Origin: Octopus vulgaris
Taxonomy: Eukaryota
Assembly (NCBI GenBank): GCA_951406725.2
Contig: OX597825.1
Location: forward strand, 69,688,001 to 69,752,000
Length of the DNA stretch: 64,000 nucleotides
Direction: 5' to 3'
Of this stretch, positions 31,850 to 45,130 are shown one piece after another (position 1 is the first letter of the stretch; every line of letters begins with the position of its first letter). The notes under the pieces are model-generated. The model did not search any database. It was given only the letters and a program-made list of their open reading frames with translations, and was not told the origin of the DNA. The position numbers and the translations under genes are program-made.

Positions 31850-32080
31850 AGGCTGTATGGTAGAAACGTTAGCACGGTAGGCGAAATCCTTAACGCTATT
31901 TCGTCTGGCGTTACGTTGTGAGTTCAAATTCCGCCGAGGTCGTCTTTGACTTTCATCCCTTCGGGGTCGATAAATTAAGTACCAGTCACGCACTGGGGTC
32001 GATGTAATCGACTTAATACCTATGTCTGTCCTTGTTTGTCCCCTCTATGTTTAGCCCCTTGTGGATAGTAAAGGAATAGG
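31850..32080 (+). mobile_element. SINE B
   Basis: Full body and tail match 4400-4632. Confidence 0.85.
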
Positions 32081-32084
32081 TATA

Positions 32085-32623
32085 GGTGAAGTGGCGGCCG
32101 TGTGATTGACAAGCTCTCTTTGTAGTCACTTGGTTTCGGGTTCAATACCATTCAGTGGCACCTTGGGCAAATATCTTCAATTATACGGCTGGACCGCATA
32201 ATGCCTTTTGAGTGGATTTGGTAGACGGAATCTGAGTTGAGTGAAAGTCTATCACACACACACACATACACACAAACACACACACACACACATACACACA
32301 CACACATACATACAGTAGACTTCGACGGTCTTCTGCACATTTATAGATGTGCGTGTATTAGTATTTGTCTCTTCGCCAATTTGTTTCGTCCCTGTAACTA
32401 GCAATTAATTTTAGTTATAGAAATTATAGCTTACTTTTAAATGTGCAGGAATGGTTGTGTGGTAAGTAGCTTGCTTGCCAACCACATGGTTCCGCGTTCA
32501 GTCTCACTGCGTGGCATCTTGGCCAAATGTCTTCTACTATAGCCTCAGACTGACCAAACCTTTGTGAGTGGATTTCGTAGACGGAAACTGAAAGACGTCC
32601 GTCATATATATGTGTGTGTGTGT

Positions 32624-32657
<34 letters not shown>

Positions 32658-32886
32658 CTGTGTATGTTTGTGTGTCTGTGTTTGTCCCCCTAGCATTGCT
32701 TGACAATCTATGCTGGTGTGTTTATGTCCCCCGTCACCTAGCGGTTCGGCAAAAGAGCCCGATAGAATAAGTACTGGGCTTACAAAGAACAAGTCCTGGA
32801 GTCGATTAGCTCGACTAAAGGTGGTGCTCCAGCATGGCCGCAGTCAAAGAACTGAAACAAGTAAAAGAGTAACAGAGTAAAGAGTA
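32085..32886 (+). mobile_element. Two adjacent SINE A copies (32085-32400 decayed; 32442-32886 near-intact)
   Basis: Match to 1485-1920. Confidence 0.85.
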
Positions 32887-33289
32887 GCATCCATATAATT
32901 AGATATATTGTTGTGTAGTCATTTAAATGGAGCATAATAAATTCCTATATATCACTAGTTACAGAATATATGAAAAGATGAATGGATAAATGGATAAAAA
33001 CACGCTGGTGTCTGGTTTGCAGTGACTAAACAAGATTAAGTACGTCAGAATAATGTCGCTGGTAGATGGAGCAAAATAATAATTTCAAATTATAGCACAA
33101 ACTCAGAAAGGAAATAAACCGATTCCGTCGACCTCAGTAATTTACAAGCACAATAATTTATTGGCACAGTAAAGGAGAAGAGGAAAAGCTGACCACGGGA
33201 GGATTTGAAATCGTACGGTAAGGAATCGGAAGAAATATCACTAAGACAGCTCAGTGATCAGCTAGAGTTTGAGTTCAAATTTGTAGCAG

Positions 33290-33615
33290 CTTCCTGGCAA
33301 AGTCGTTGGTACGTCGATCAAAATGCTTAGCGGCTTTTCTCCACCTTTACCACCTGATTTCAAATTCCGCCGAGGTTGACGTTCGATTTCACCTGTTTAA
33401 GGCAGCAAGCTGGCAGAATCGTTAGCATAACCGGGAAAAAATGCTTAGCATTTCATCCGTCTGCAGGTTCTGAGTTCAAATTCCGCCGAGGTTGATTTCT
33501 GCCTTACATCATTTTCCGGTTGATAAAATGAATATCATATGAACACTGGGGTCGCTGTAAAGGTTTTAGTTCACCCTCGAAATCGCTGATCTTGTACCAA
33601 AATTTGAAACCAATA
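33290..33615 (+). mobile_element. Decayed SINE B copies
   Basis: 'ttcaaattccgccgaggttga' occurs twice. Confidence 0.65.
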
Positions 33616-33909
33616 TCATTATTGTCACTACCGCCACCCGCACATACAACACGGCGAACACCATTTATTTCATCTGCGATGTATTGTCTAACAAAATTCA
33701 CGTATTGGAGGAATAAATGCAATATCAAGAATTCAATACGCGAAATTAACATACGCGCACGCATACACGCACACACGTGCACACATATGCTCACACGCAT
33801 GTATCTATGTATATATGTACAACAAGCAACGTATGTGTACACATGTCAATATACATATATACATATATGAATGCTCACATACATCTATATACATGCATAC
33901 ATATGTAGC

Positions 33910-33990
<81 letters not shown>

Positions 33991-33994
<4 letters not shown>

Positions 33995-34345
33995 TATAAT
34001 AAGGGATGATGACTAATTGGACATTCAATGTGCTAGAAGATCACCTACCATCTAACCTCAAAGAAAATAATGTTCTCTAGAGAGATTCAGCAAAAGCCAT
34101 CTGTCTTGCCCGCTTATGTTCTGGTGTTTATTGAATTTCTCTAGAGAACATTCTTTTCTTTGTGGTCAGATCATAGGTGATCTTCTTCTAGCATATTGGA
34201 TGTCCACTTAGTTGTCAACCCTTATACGCATGTATTACAGTTTTTCTGAATTTTCAGATTTTTCTATATGCTAGGCTACTGGTTTTAAATCGATGTTAAT
34301 TAAATTAATATTCAATTTATCACTCTCATTATTTAAATTTTATAT
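33991..34345. repeat. Palindromic (TA)n-flanked element (arms ~33991-34092 / 34128-34233) plus tail
   Basis: 'tgctagaagatcaccta...tgttctctagaga' vs 'tttctctagagaaca...taggtgatcttcttctagca'; tail 'atatgctagg.actggttttaa' shared with ~41270. Confidence 0.75.
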
Positions 34346-34368
34346 ATATATGCATACATATACATATG

Positions 34369-34416
<48 letters not shown>

Positions 34417-34611
34417 AACATATTTGTGTAGATACATTTATACACAAACATATAAATACATACATGGATATATATATATATATATTTTTTTTTATTAAAC
34501 TTTTAATATTTTTGATATATATTTAAAATAATATAAATTAATTAATTTTATGTATTGGCTTAAGTTTTTCATTGTTTGATTTGCCTAATAGTGGTTTTTA
34601 TCTCTAATTTA

Positions 34612-34699
<88 letters not shown>

Positions 34700-35532
34700 A
34701 CATAGATATATGCATATGCGCACACAATAAAACGAAGAGGGGCGTGAATGCTATGCAAAATTAAGCAGCTTAAATACAATAAGAATCAGAAAATACAAAG
34801 CCATACAGATGCAAACCACTACTTCTGAAGTTAGCCACTCTATACAGCAACCCCTAGGCTGAAATATTGTAGTGAGATCTTCCTTCGTTCTTCTGTAATA
34901 CTTCCTATTATTTTGCAATGAAAATATTCATAATGCTTTAGTTGCAGTGATTCAGTTCTATCCTCAACTCTGCAAATTGCTTTCCTTGTACGGTTTACTT
35001 TGCCATAGCCACAAAACAGAAGAAATTACCTGCCACTCATTGCCAAAAGTATCAGCTGGATAATTCGTATAATGTTCTCCAAAGACAACATAATTATTTT
35101 TACATGCCATATCACCCTTACGTAATAACTCCACATGACAGAAATGATATCTACGCGTTCCCCTTCACGTATGCATAGATGAATATGAATCATATAATAA
35201 ACATAACAAGAAGCGAATATAATGCAAATTACTACCAAACGTCCATAGGTTTAAAAAATAGGATTAATATTGTCAGTAGTAGAAGCTCTAACCTATAGTG
35301 GAAGAAATAAATCTTTAGCAGTGCAATCCTTGTTACAATAATGCCATGAAAGTTAGCGTCGCGAAAGATATCACATGCCGTTGATTTGCAACATCCTTCA
35401 CTAAGGATGCTGTCATGTTCAGATAAACCTCTTTAAATGTTAAGACTAACATTACTAAATCATTCCCTGTTTTGATAAGCAGAATGCACGCTTGTTTCTT
35501 AATATCGCTAGCGAGAAAAAAAAAAGAAAACT

Positions 35533-35710
35533 TCAGCACCGAGATCACCAGATCCCGTGATTTCGATCTTCCTTAATCTCATCAGTGTTTAACGCTCGAC
35601 CGCTAGAGATAGTAGCGACTCATCTCTCCGCTAACGATATGTTGAAAAATCAGTGCTATCAATGAGATGTTAGATTAAAAATCTAGTGATCTGGTGGTCT
35701 CAGAGCTGGC
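35533..35710. repeat. Short inverted repeat with a hammerhead-like core on the minus strand (35561-35585)
   Basis: Minus strand CTGATGA-GATT-aaggaa-GATC-GAAA; arms 'cagcaccgagatcaccagatc' / 'gatctggtggtctcagagctg'. Confidence 0.5.
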
Positions 35711-36039
35711 GTTAGTGAGGAGTTACCTTCCTGCTGGTGATATAAAAAAACAAGCACCAAAGGCCAATATGAGAGTTTCTCTCATGGTAAATGCCGCAGC
35801 CAATTTTGTTTAACATAACATCTGTGTTTAAGTGGGAATATATATTACCTTTCGTTATTAATACCGACTCTATTAATGCCGCTAATATATATCTGTTACG
35901 GATTGTTTTGTTGTGGTAAAAGCACAATAATTTCAAATGGAGAGGAAAAGGTCGTCCCAGCATCGGTCGAAATGCATTTGGCGATCTCACTGATCGCTTC
36001 TGGAACGAATTTTGGAATTCTCGTTTCCCTGTGATGTTT

Positions 36040-36275
36040 AATGTTTGCTGAACCGCTAATTTACGGGGCTACCAGCATCGTTTGTCAAGCGGAGGTGGGG
36101 GGACAAACACAGAAACACACATACACACACACACATACGCACATGCACACAGAGATATACACAACGGGCTTCTTTCAGTTACCGTTTACCAAATTTTTGG
36201 TACCACGTCGTGGGACTGAACCCGGAACCATGTGGTTGGGAAGCAAACGACGTCTCACACAGCCACGCCAACGCC
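36040..36275 (-). mobile_element. SINE A, internally deleted
   Basis: 'gggactgaacccggaaccatgtggttgggaagcaa'. Confidence 0.75.
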
Positions 36276-36669
36276 CAAACAGTAAATTTAAAGACACGTA
36301 AAAGAGTAATAAATAAATAATAAATATGGAGTAACGAAATGCATTCTTTCTCAGCAATTTTGTCACAAACATCATGTTGGGATATTACCTAAATAAGATA
36401 GAGCCCTTCCAACATGAATGGGTCAGCACAAATGATAGCGTATCAGTAAGATCGTAGCACTAGTACCTAATCCTACAAGACACCTACGAACATTTAAAGC
36501 ACATGAGTAATTTCAAGAAATAAGCTACACATTTCTACTGTCGAGGTCATCCAACGAAGCCGCTATGTTATATTTAATAGTTCATATATCAGCAATCAGA
36601 AGTTCCACTCTTTACATGGCTTCCATTAGAAAACAAATAAAGTAAAGTATGTCACATACACATTAATAA

Positions 36670-36865
36670 TCCTTTCTATTATTGGCACAAAGTCTAAAAC
36701 GTTCGCGGGAAAGGCGCAAGTCGTTTACATCGGCTCTACTGCTTAACTGACAGTTATTTTATCGACCACGAAAGGATGAAAGACAAAGCCGACTCCAAAA
36801 CTCAGAACGTAAATTCTGATGACATCCCACTAAGCATTTTTCTAGTGCTGTAACGATTCTGCGTT
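36670..36865 (-). mobile_element. Decayed SINE B
   Basis: 'ttatcgaccacgaaaggatgaaagacaaagccgac'. Confidence 0.6.
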
Positions 36866-37499
36866 ACATCCATTTATTAATAAGATTCACCGCTTTATAT
36901 CCACATATTAATAAGAATTACTTTGGAATCAAAAATAGTTAGAAGCGCATTAAATGTTTTAAATTTACATGACGTAGCTATATTATAATAATTCAATAAC
37001 GAATCCTACATTATTAAGGATAAATCATTCTATTATTTTCTCTTAGCCTCTAGCTAATAGCTTTTCGCAAAAGATTATAATGAATTGTAGAGGATACGAT
37101 GTTGTTACGTTCTAATAAATTGAAGTTGTTTTCTGATTGTGCACCACCAATTTTTGAAAGAGTTTTAAATATATAATTAATAATACGTGTTTCGATGTTT
37201 GTGTGTGGTAGTACATCTGTTACATTACATTTTAAAGTAGATTTATGATTATATAAATTCACATTGTAATATTTTAAATATGAAAAATCTATCACTGTGT
37301 GTACGGTCTCAAAAACGCTTCAAGCTAAATGTGCTAATTAATATTGTTCTTTATTTAATTGCTTATATTCTAATTAAACTTTTACTAAATACAATATTTA
37401 GCCTACCAGTTTTAGAAGTGTAATTTAATAGATTTTTCTGTTCAACTAATGATAGAGGTACCGAGATTTTACGTACGAACTCCTGTTATAATCTAACAT

Positions 37500-38663
37500 T
37501 GATATTCTGTATCATTCCTTAAACGCTGATTTTCTAAAGGCCATCATCTTCTCTGGTGATGAAACAACCTTGACCTTCTTGGGAGCAAGAGAGGAGGGGT
37601 GTTTCCACAGCATGGATTGCTTCTTTCTCTCTGGCTCAAAGTGATGAAGCCATCACTTCTGGGTTAGGAAACTCTCAAGAAAACCAACTGGGTTTTCTTG
37701 AAACGATGTCAGATATTCCCGGGAAGTGATCAGCTTGGTACGCTTTTTACCAAGTGTCAGAAGACGTGGCACACACCGAGCAAATGCATTGTACAGAATA
37801 TTCTCAACTCTCATGAGATATTCTAATAGTATTAGCTAATAGATGTATAGTCAATCGTCTGTTATCCATTACCATGTAGTGAACACGATCAGTGACTTGC
37901 TATGTGGTATACGTTCCATGCCTCAACACTTTAAGTCATCTTCAAACCTCTCCCTTACCCTTCTTACATTCAGCTACCCAATTTTGTACTTTTCATAAAG
38001 CTGGAGCGTCATCACTTAATGTAGCCAGCATGTCTGCACAAATGCTCTTGGAGACGAAACAGTTTTTTATTTCTGCGGGTACTTGATAACACCCGATGTT
38101 CAATTGTGTCAATTTTCAAGAGATCTTGAAATGTTTTTTTGAAAAGACAAGTTTATTTGGAACGAAACAATGTAATCTCTCTATATATAAAGCTGAAGTT
38201 GTCTGTGTATGGCAGGTTTGGTAGCCTTCAACTAACACTATCTTCTCCGAGACTCAGCGGCACAAGTTGTCCAAAATTGAAAGCATGATAGAAGAAGGCT
38301 TGCTCTCTTTTCCGTAGAGGAAAACATTTCAAATCGGACCATATTAATACCAAAAATTATTTACATCAAAAAGGTGCTTTTTTTCTATGAAAATCCCTAT
38401 TTTTTTACGACTTTTTGACTGCTGTGTCGCCATTTTTCGGTGTATTTCAACCAGAAAAATGTTTACTTAAAGAGAGTAACAAGCTACACAATGCAGAGTT
38501 TTTACTTTTCAAAAATTCTAATTCTAAAGGGTCGAAACAAACCCGAGCAACGCCGGGCTATACTGCTAGTTATGAATAAAAAGCGTTGAAATTAATGCTT
38601 GCAAGATTTCAGTTCTAGTAGCCCTCCTTCATAGTCAGGATATGAACTTCCCAGCACATCCTC

Positions 38664-38668
<5 letters not shown>
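37500..38668 (-). pseudogene. Decayed mariner (5' half) interrupted by a Helitron
   Basis: Minus-strand peptides DMLATLSDDAP, VQNWVAECKKG, ARCVPRLLT, WLHHFEPERKKQSMLWKHPSS; TIR-like 'gaacttcccagcacatcctcatgta' at ~38644-38668. Confidence 0.75.
38176..38569 (+). mobile_element. Non-autonomous Helitron
   Basis: A|TC 5' end, 3' hairpin CCCGAGCAACGCCGGG, CTAG|T 3' end, no TSD. Confidence 0.85.
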
Positions 38669-38699
<31 letters not shown>

Positions 38700-38759
38700 G
38701 TCGGGCATCAAACATAAATGCAAAGACATACGCACATATACTTGCACACGCACATATAC

Positions 38760-38790
<31 letters not shown>

Positions 38791-39868
38791 CATACATACA
38801 TACATACATACATACATACATACATGCATTCATGCATGCATGGGTTAGCTAGCGGTTATTGAAGAAAATAATTCCCAAGAAGAGAAGGAACTGCGCAGTG
38901 AGACTGAACCTGAAGTAACGAAGATGCAAAACGAGCTACTTAACCACTCAGTCACACATTTAGATTTTGTATATCAACTAATATACTTCCGATTCGTTTA
39001 GGTGTTCTCTTGTGTGCGAGCGAATTGCATGTTAGCAACATGGACCTCTGGAGTTCTTATATGAAAACATGGAAATCTTTCGTATTGTTGCTTAATGGAT
39101 TTTGGATTTACACGTGCTTATTTTTACTTTCAGTTTGAATTTGTGTCTAATTTTCTTCCTCAAACTCGATCTACGTTTTTGTAATGCAGCTTAAGGATTC
39201 TGGCGTTTCATGCTAATGCTATTTACATTTTTCTTTACGAAACAATAGTTCCTAAAGTTTATCAGCAAGCCACTGATATTGAATTGAACTACATCATGTG
39301 AATACAATAAAGATTCAATAAATACATCTTTTCATATTAATGGAAACACCATTACCTTTGTCACAATTCGTTATTTCTCAATTTTTATGATATACGTATG
39401 ATATACGTCAGTTAACAAAAGAAATCGATTTTTAAATAATTACAGTAATGTTATATTTAAACAAGTATTTTTAATAATTTGTATAAATTATCCGGGTGCA
39501 GTCACTCTGACATATGACATACATGAATGAAAATTTTCTCACCGAAATTTTACTTACCCTAAAGCTAATTATTCGTTAAACACCTGACGATTAGTCACGA
39601 AGATATATCTAATCAGAACAAAACAATACAGAATCATATTATTAAAGCCTTTAAAAAAATCACTCACCCATTGTTGTCTGTCTATATTTTCCTCTCACAT
39701 TTTTCGTCACAGTAACCCTGCGGCGCTCTCAGTGCGAACACATTTTCGAATGATTTAAGTATCACTAACTTCTTTTCTGCTATTATGATTCATCTCGATG
39801 CTAGGCGTGCCGGCTTTTAAATCGGTTTTATATATTCATTGTGTCCTACAAGTGTTTGCATGTGTACG

Positions 39869-39906
<38 letters not shown>

Positions 39907-39954
39907 CATATAAAAGAGTGTGTGTGTGTGTATGTGTATACATATATATGCATC

Positions 39955-40130
39955 ATGATAGATTGTTAGTCACTACACACATTGTTTTCTCTCCTTGTTT
40001 TTTCTGTGTCCCTTTCTGTAGAAGAGCGTAGACTCGAAACGTAAAATAATTTTTCTATTCCTGAGCGTTATACTAATACATCTGTTTGTTTTATACACCA
40101 CCTGTCTTCGTCTTTTGTTTTTTTCGTAAA
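39955..40130 (+). mobile_element. Penelope-like terminal fragment with a minimal hammerhead-like motif (40013-40046)
   Basis: TTT-CTGTAGA-A-GAG-cgtaga-CTC-GAAA-CG-TA-AAA; palindromic ACGT stem III; microsatellite flanks. Confidence 0.55.
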
Positions 40131-40133
40131 CTC

Positions 40134-40171
<38 letters not shown>

Positions 40172-40186
40172 GCTCTCTCTCTCTCC

Positions 40187-40243
<57 letters not shown>

Positions 40244-41032
40244 CATATACTAATATACGTACACACACATTAACCCTTTTACATTTTCATTTTATTTAAG
40301 CAACCAGCAAAACTTACATTTTTCAGTTTGAAAACAGCTATTTGAAGCTTGAATTTCATACCAGAGTCACAAACTGAAAACATTATTATTAAAATAAAAA
40401 CTATCCTACAAAAAGTCCTCAACTTCACGTTTATTCGCTTTGAGCAGTTAAAAATGCTGGCTAATCTCAGTGAGAGTAGAAAAACTCCGGTTTGTTTATT
40501 TTATTAGATTCAGTAGCTCTTTCCATGGGTAAAGCCACATGTATCTATAGAGACAGCATGTTGTCGGTAGTGAAGAAAAATAATAAACAAATTATTAAGG
40601 AGAACAGAGATTTATATATCCAGTTTTATATATCAAGGTACAAAAATGAAAGACATATAAAAGGGGCTCCCCTGTCCAGTTTCGCTGTATGGACGACCGC
40701 TTTTGTAGATGCATTCATTAAACCTGTCCTTGACAAAATAATTGCGATGAAAGAGGTTGTTCGTCACAGAGACATGTATACCATTTAACGGCATCCTCAT
40801 AGTAAGCAATAGAGCCTGTATGGCACAGGCTCAACACTGGCGATTCGTGTTCGTCCAATGTGTTCCTACACAATTTCTGCGTATAGAGCATCCTTCTTTT
40901 TATAATTGATCCAAGTCTATGAAGATACGTGTCCAAGCTGACACGTAAATAACATTGGACTCGGGATGTTACGTTGGCGAAGCGGTGTCGTAAACTACTC
41001 AGCCATGCCGGCACCCGTATATATATATATAT

Positions 41033-41319
41033 ATACAAAATTTAAAGCTCTGACCACTAAAAGTGGACGGTCAACATGCTAGATATAGACGTCAAAATCG
41101 CTATTTTCGACAAAGAATGTGTTCTCAAATAAATTTTTATTTGAGAACACATTCTTTGTGGAAAATAGCGATTTTGACGTCTATATCTTGCATGTTGACC
41201 GTCCACTTTTAGTGGTCAGTCCTTTAAATTTTGTATGTAAAAATATTTTAACCTTCGGATCTTTTTAATATGCTAGGCCACTGGTTTTAATTGCTTAATA
41301 TCAATTTCTACCCTTATTA

Positions 41320-41328
<9 letters not shown>
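41033..41328. repeat. Near-perfect ~100-bp-arm palindrome (41033-41236, almost no spacer) plus tail, in (TA)n
   Basis: '...gttctcaaataaa|tt|tttatttgagaac...'; only a few mismatches between arms. Confidence 0.9.
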
Positions 41329-41365
<37 letters not shown>

Positions 41366-41613
41366 ACCTTATAATTATAATTTCGGAATTAGATCGGTAT
41401 AAAGAATATAGAATTATACTTTACCCAACCATTATCTTCAGTGCGTGTGTGTGTGTGTGTGTGTTTGTTGTATGTATATGTGTGGATAAACGTTTGCATC
41501 ACTCTCTCTCACTCTCGCACGCACACACATACATACATGCACTTTATTCTCGTAGTTAACAAATTCTATTGTTTTATATATTGTCCACAAATTGTTCGTG
41601 ATAGATAGCCTAG

Positions 41614-41689
<76 letters not shown>

Positions 41690-44671
41690 TACAAGTTTAC
41701 AAATGTCCATATGTATGTGCGGACACGTGTATATGTGTATCTGTGTGTATGTATGTGTGCGTATACATACAAGCGATAATTCTTCACAGTTGCCGTCAAG
41801 TATAAATGATGTTTATGTGTCCATATGCGCTATTTAATCATAGGTTTAACGCGACGTCAGATACAAAATTATTCTAGTTGCTGTGTGTAAAAGCTCATAG
41901 GAATTCTTCATTGAACCAAGTGTTTTCTTATAGCTTTATGTTTCACATAAATGACTTTCAAAACATTTTATTGATTTCAATTTTTTTTAGTTTTTGCTCT
42001 TTACACAGAGTAGTCTGGACTGAGACGACTGTGTCTATATTCTTTTAACCAAACTATTAATCAAATATATGATAGAAATTCTTGCAGTATAAGGGAAATG
42101 TCTGTGAGGAAAAATACTTTATTTTATCTGAATTGAAAACGAAATTAGCTTTTTCTCTTCTTCAAAATGCAATATTGCTTGTGTCTAGTATTGAAAAATC
42201 GATAACACTTTTAAATTACAGGTATTCCACTTATCATGGTATTCTCTTAAAACTGTTTCTATAGAATTATGTGTCCAAAAAAGAAATATATATGTAAATT
42301 TATTCAATTTTATATATTTAATAGAAAAGGAAAAGGTAACAAAGGCATACGTACGTTTTTATTTACTTCGGGAAATATTTAAGTTCACCTTACCTAAGAT
42401 TGAAAATTATGGCTTCTATATAGCAAAGGAACTGGAAACTGGAGCATTGTTAATATAACTAATCTATTTCTTTGATACTGCACTTAATTCCTCGGCCGGT
42501 TTAACCCCACTATTTGATGATTTGGGTGCCTTCAGAAAAGGAAACCCGTCTGTTGTAAGCATTCAAACCAGTTAGGTTACAAGTATGGTGATATATTTTT
42601 ACAACCCACCTGTAAATCATGTTTGACCAATATCAGATTATAGTCGCTGTTCATTATCCATAATTACTCCTTGATGAAAGCTAACCTTCGCCTATATAAT
42701 ATCGTCATTAGGGAAAGGATAAAAACCAAAATATCTCTCATATCACAAATACAAACTTAAAAGCATTGCCTGCATTCTGTAGTATAGCCCTTGGTACACT
42801 TACGCCAGAAGACAAGCATTAGATAGTACACACCTGGTCCCACTTATGCGCATTGAGCACATGTCTGTTAGATCGGAATGGATCTGTGACCAAAACAACA
42901 GCAACAGCAGCTAAGGAATTACTAACTAAATTATCTTCGTCGTCGCCTTCCTTGTTGTTGTCATCACCATTATCATCGCCTACGTAGTGGACATCATCAT
43001 CATCATCATCATGTCCCTCATCATCATAATGTCCAACATCATCATCACCATCATCATCATCATTGGCACCATTCACATCATCGTCATAAGTGAGATTCTT
43101 TTCTCTACGGTAACTGCAGTGTATTTGCCTTTTACCAGTTGAAATGTGACAAACATTTTTCAACTAACCAAAATTCTGCTCATACCTAAGCACTGCTTTG
43201 CGCCACTGTTACGTTATTTACTTTGATCGGGCGATCTACTAGTGCAACTTGTTGACTGAATTATATATAAAGTTACATATTTTTTAAAATTTCGTTCAGT
43301 ACATCTTATTAAAAAAATTCGAAACATCGATGTCTGAGATTCCTTACAGATGGCGACATTGAACGAACTGGATGTTTTCACGCTGTTTTACCATAAGAAA
43401 GATATTTCTTCACAGCAACTTTTAACAGTTGAAATATGTGACAAACATATTTCAGCTGACTCAAATATATATACATATGTATGTATTTAACAACGTATAT
43501 ATATAACCTGCATGTATATATATATATATGCCTATATATATATGTATGTCTGTGTATACATACATACACATGTATACACGGGGGTCTTTTTCCCTGTCAC
43601 CTTCAATCAAATTTTATTAATTTTATTCAGACGGTATTGCCTGACACGATAACCTGAGGCATGCTGAAAAAATACTTGCTCCATAGCAGTGTCCAACCCC
43701 GAGCTATACAGTCCAGACCACGCCTCTTGTTTCCATGCCGAATCCACTGATGTTTCCTCTATAAACTTGGATTAATCACAAATATATTGCAAATGATATG
43801 CGATAACGTTAAGGAAATGACAGCATGTATAATGTCTCCCAGTTATTAGAACACCATCGTTTTATCTTTTAGATATTTCACACAAAATGAGGTAAGGAGA
43901 TGAATAAATAACATAGAGAGAGATAGATAGGGAAATAGAGATATATAGATAGATTGAGAAAAAGAAAGCAGACAAGAGGAATAGAGAGAGGTTTCTGTCA
44001 TTGGTATTGGTCTAAAAATAAAAAAGAAAGCTCTTGTAACACTTTAGTGATAAGGATTCAATGCATTCTTAGATGTTTATCAGTACACATTTAATCTATT
44101 TTAAATGTATACATTAACCTGACATCTAAAACAAAATCGATAAAATTTGATACGATAACACGAAATGGATAGAAAATTCATATTCTACATTTCGATATAA
44201 AACAATCTGGTAATGGATAAAGAAGCAGGAACGGATATGAATATATAAAAAAAAAAAATAATAATAAATAAAACGGTGTCGAAATAGCTTTGCATATATT
44301 TCCACAATAGTATTCGGCATATTCTGAAGTGATTTGCATAACAAATACAATATTTACAATAACGTGAAATTAACTATGACGCACAATTATAGGTTTTTAA
44401 AAAATATTTTTGTATTTTACCCATTGACTTAATTTGAAGGTTATTCGAGCAGGAGGAGAATATATGCGCAACCCTTTGCCCCGGTAGACATATCAGATAA
44501 ATCTTCTTTATCGTGTGTTTGAGAGGGTAAGACATATTTAATAATTGAATCGTATTGTCCTTAGGAAATAAAGTTCTTTAAAGATTCGTTTGCTGTTGAT
44601 TATAAGAATCAACTTAACGATTTCTGAAATTAACGATGGAAAAGAACATTGCTGTAAGAACGTACAGAGAG

Positions 44672-44947
44672 GTTAGTCATCGTTCCCAGATGCACTTCGA
44701 GTTCACCTGATGATGTGGTTGTAACTTATTTTAGGAGATCAGTAAATTATTTTCTTCAGCTTAGCAGGGTCCACCCCAGAAGAGTTCCTGGTAGTAAGCG
44801 TGGAAGGAACCTTCTTATTGCAAAGTTGGCGGATAGTCTGCCAGAATACTCTTTCTGCTGATCTAAAGTCAAAACTGAGATTAATCCCTAATGTCCTCCC
44901 ATGAGTAAACCTTGTACAGCTTTACTGCTGCGGCTGCGGCATTTCAC
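44672..44947 (-). mobile_element. RTE-like LINE derivative, second copy of 48741-49014
   Basis: Closely similar ~275 bp segment with the same end 'gctgcggctgcggcatttcac'. Confidence 0.75.
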
Positions 44948-44959
44948 GTTGGACAATCG

Positions 44960-45130
44960 CCCTTGCTGTATTTATTCCGATTCTTTGTGTTCTAAGTTCA
45001 AATCCTGCCGATGTGAATATTGCATTTCATACTTCCGATGATCGATAAAATAAAATGTCGGTGAAGTATTGTGGTCGATATAATCGACTAACTCACTCCC
45101 TCAAATTCATTTCTTCGACTTATATTGGAA
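44960..45130 (+). mobile_element. Decayed SINE B
   Basis: 'agttcaaatcctgccg...tcgataaaa...ggtcgatataatcgacta'. Confidence 0.55.

Noticed and set aside
42783-43163. Asp-rich ORF (-) or short terminal exon (+)
   Set aside because: Driven by a decayed (CAT)n repeat; weak splice signals and no recognisable domain.
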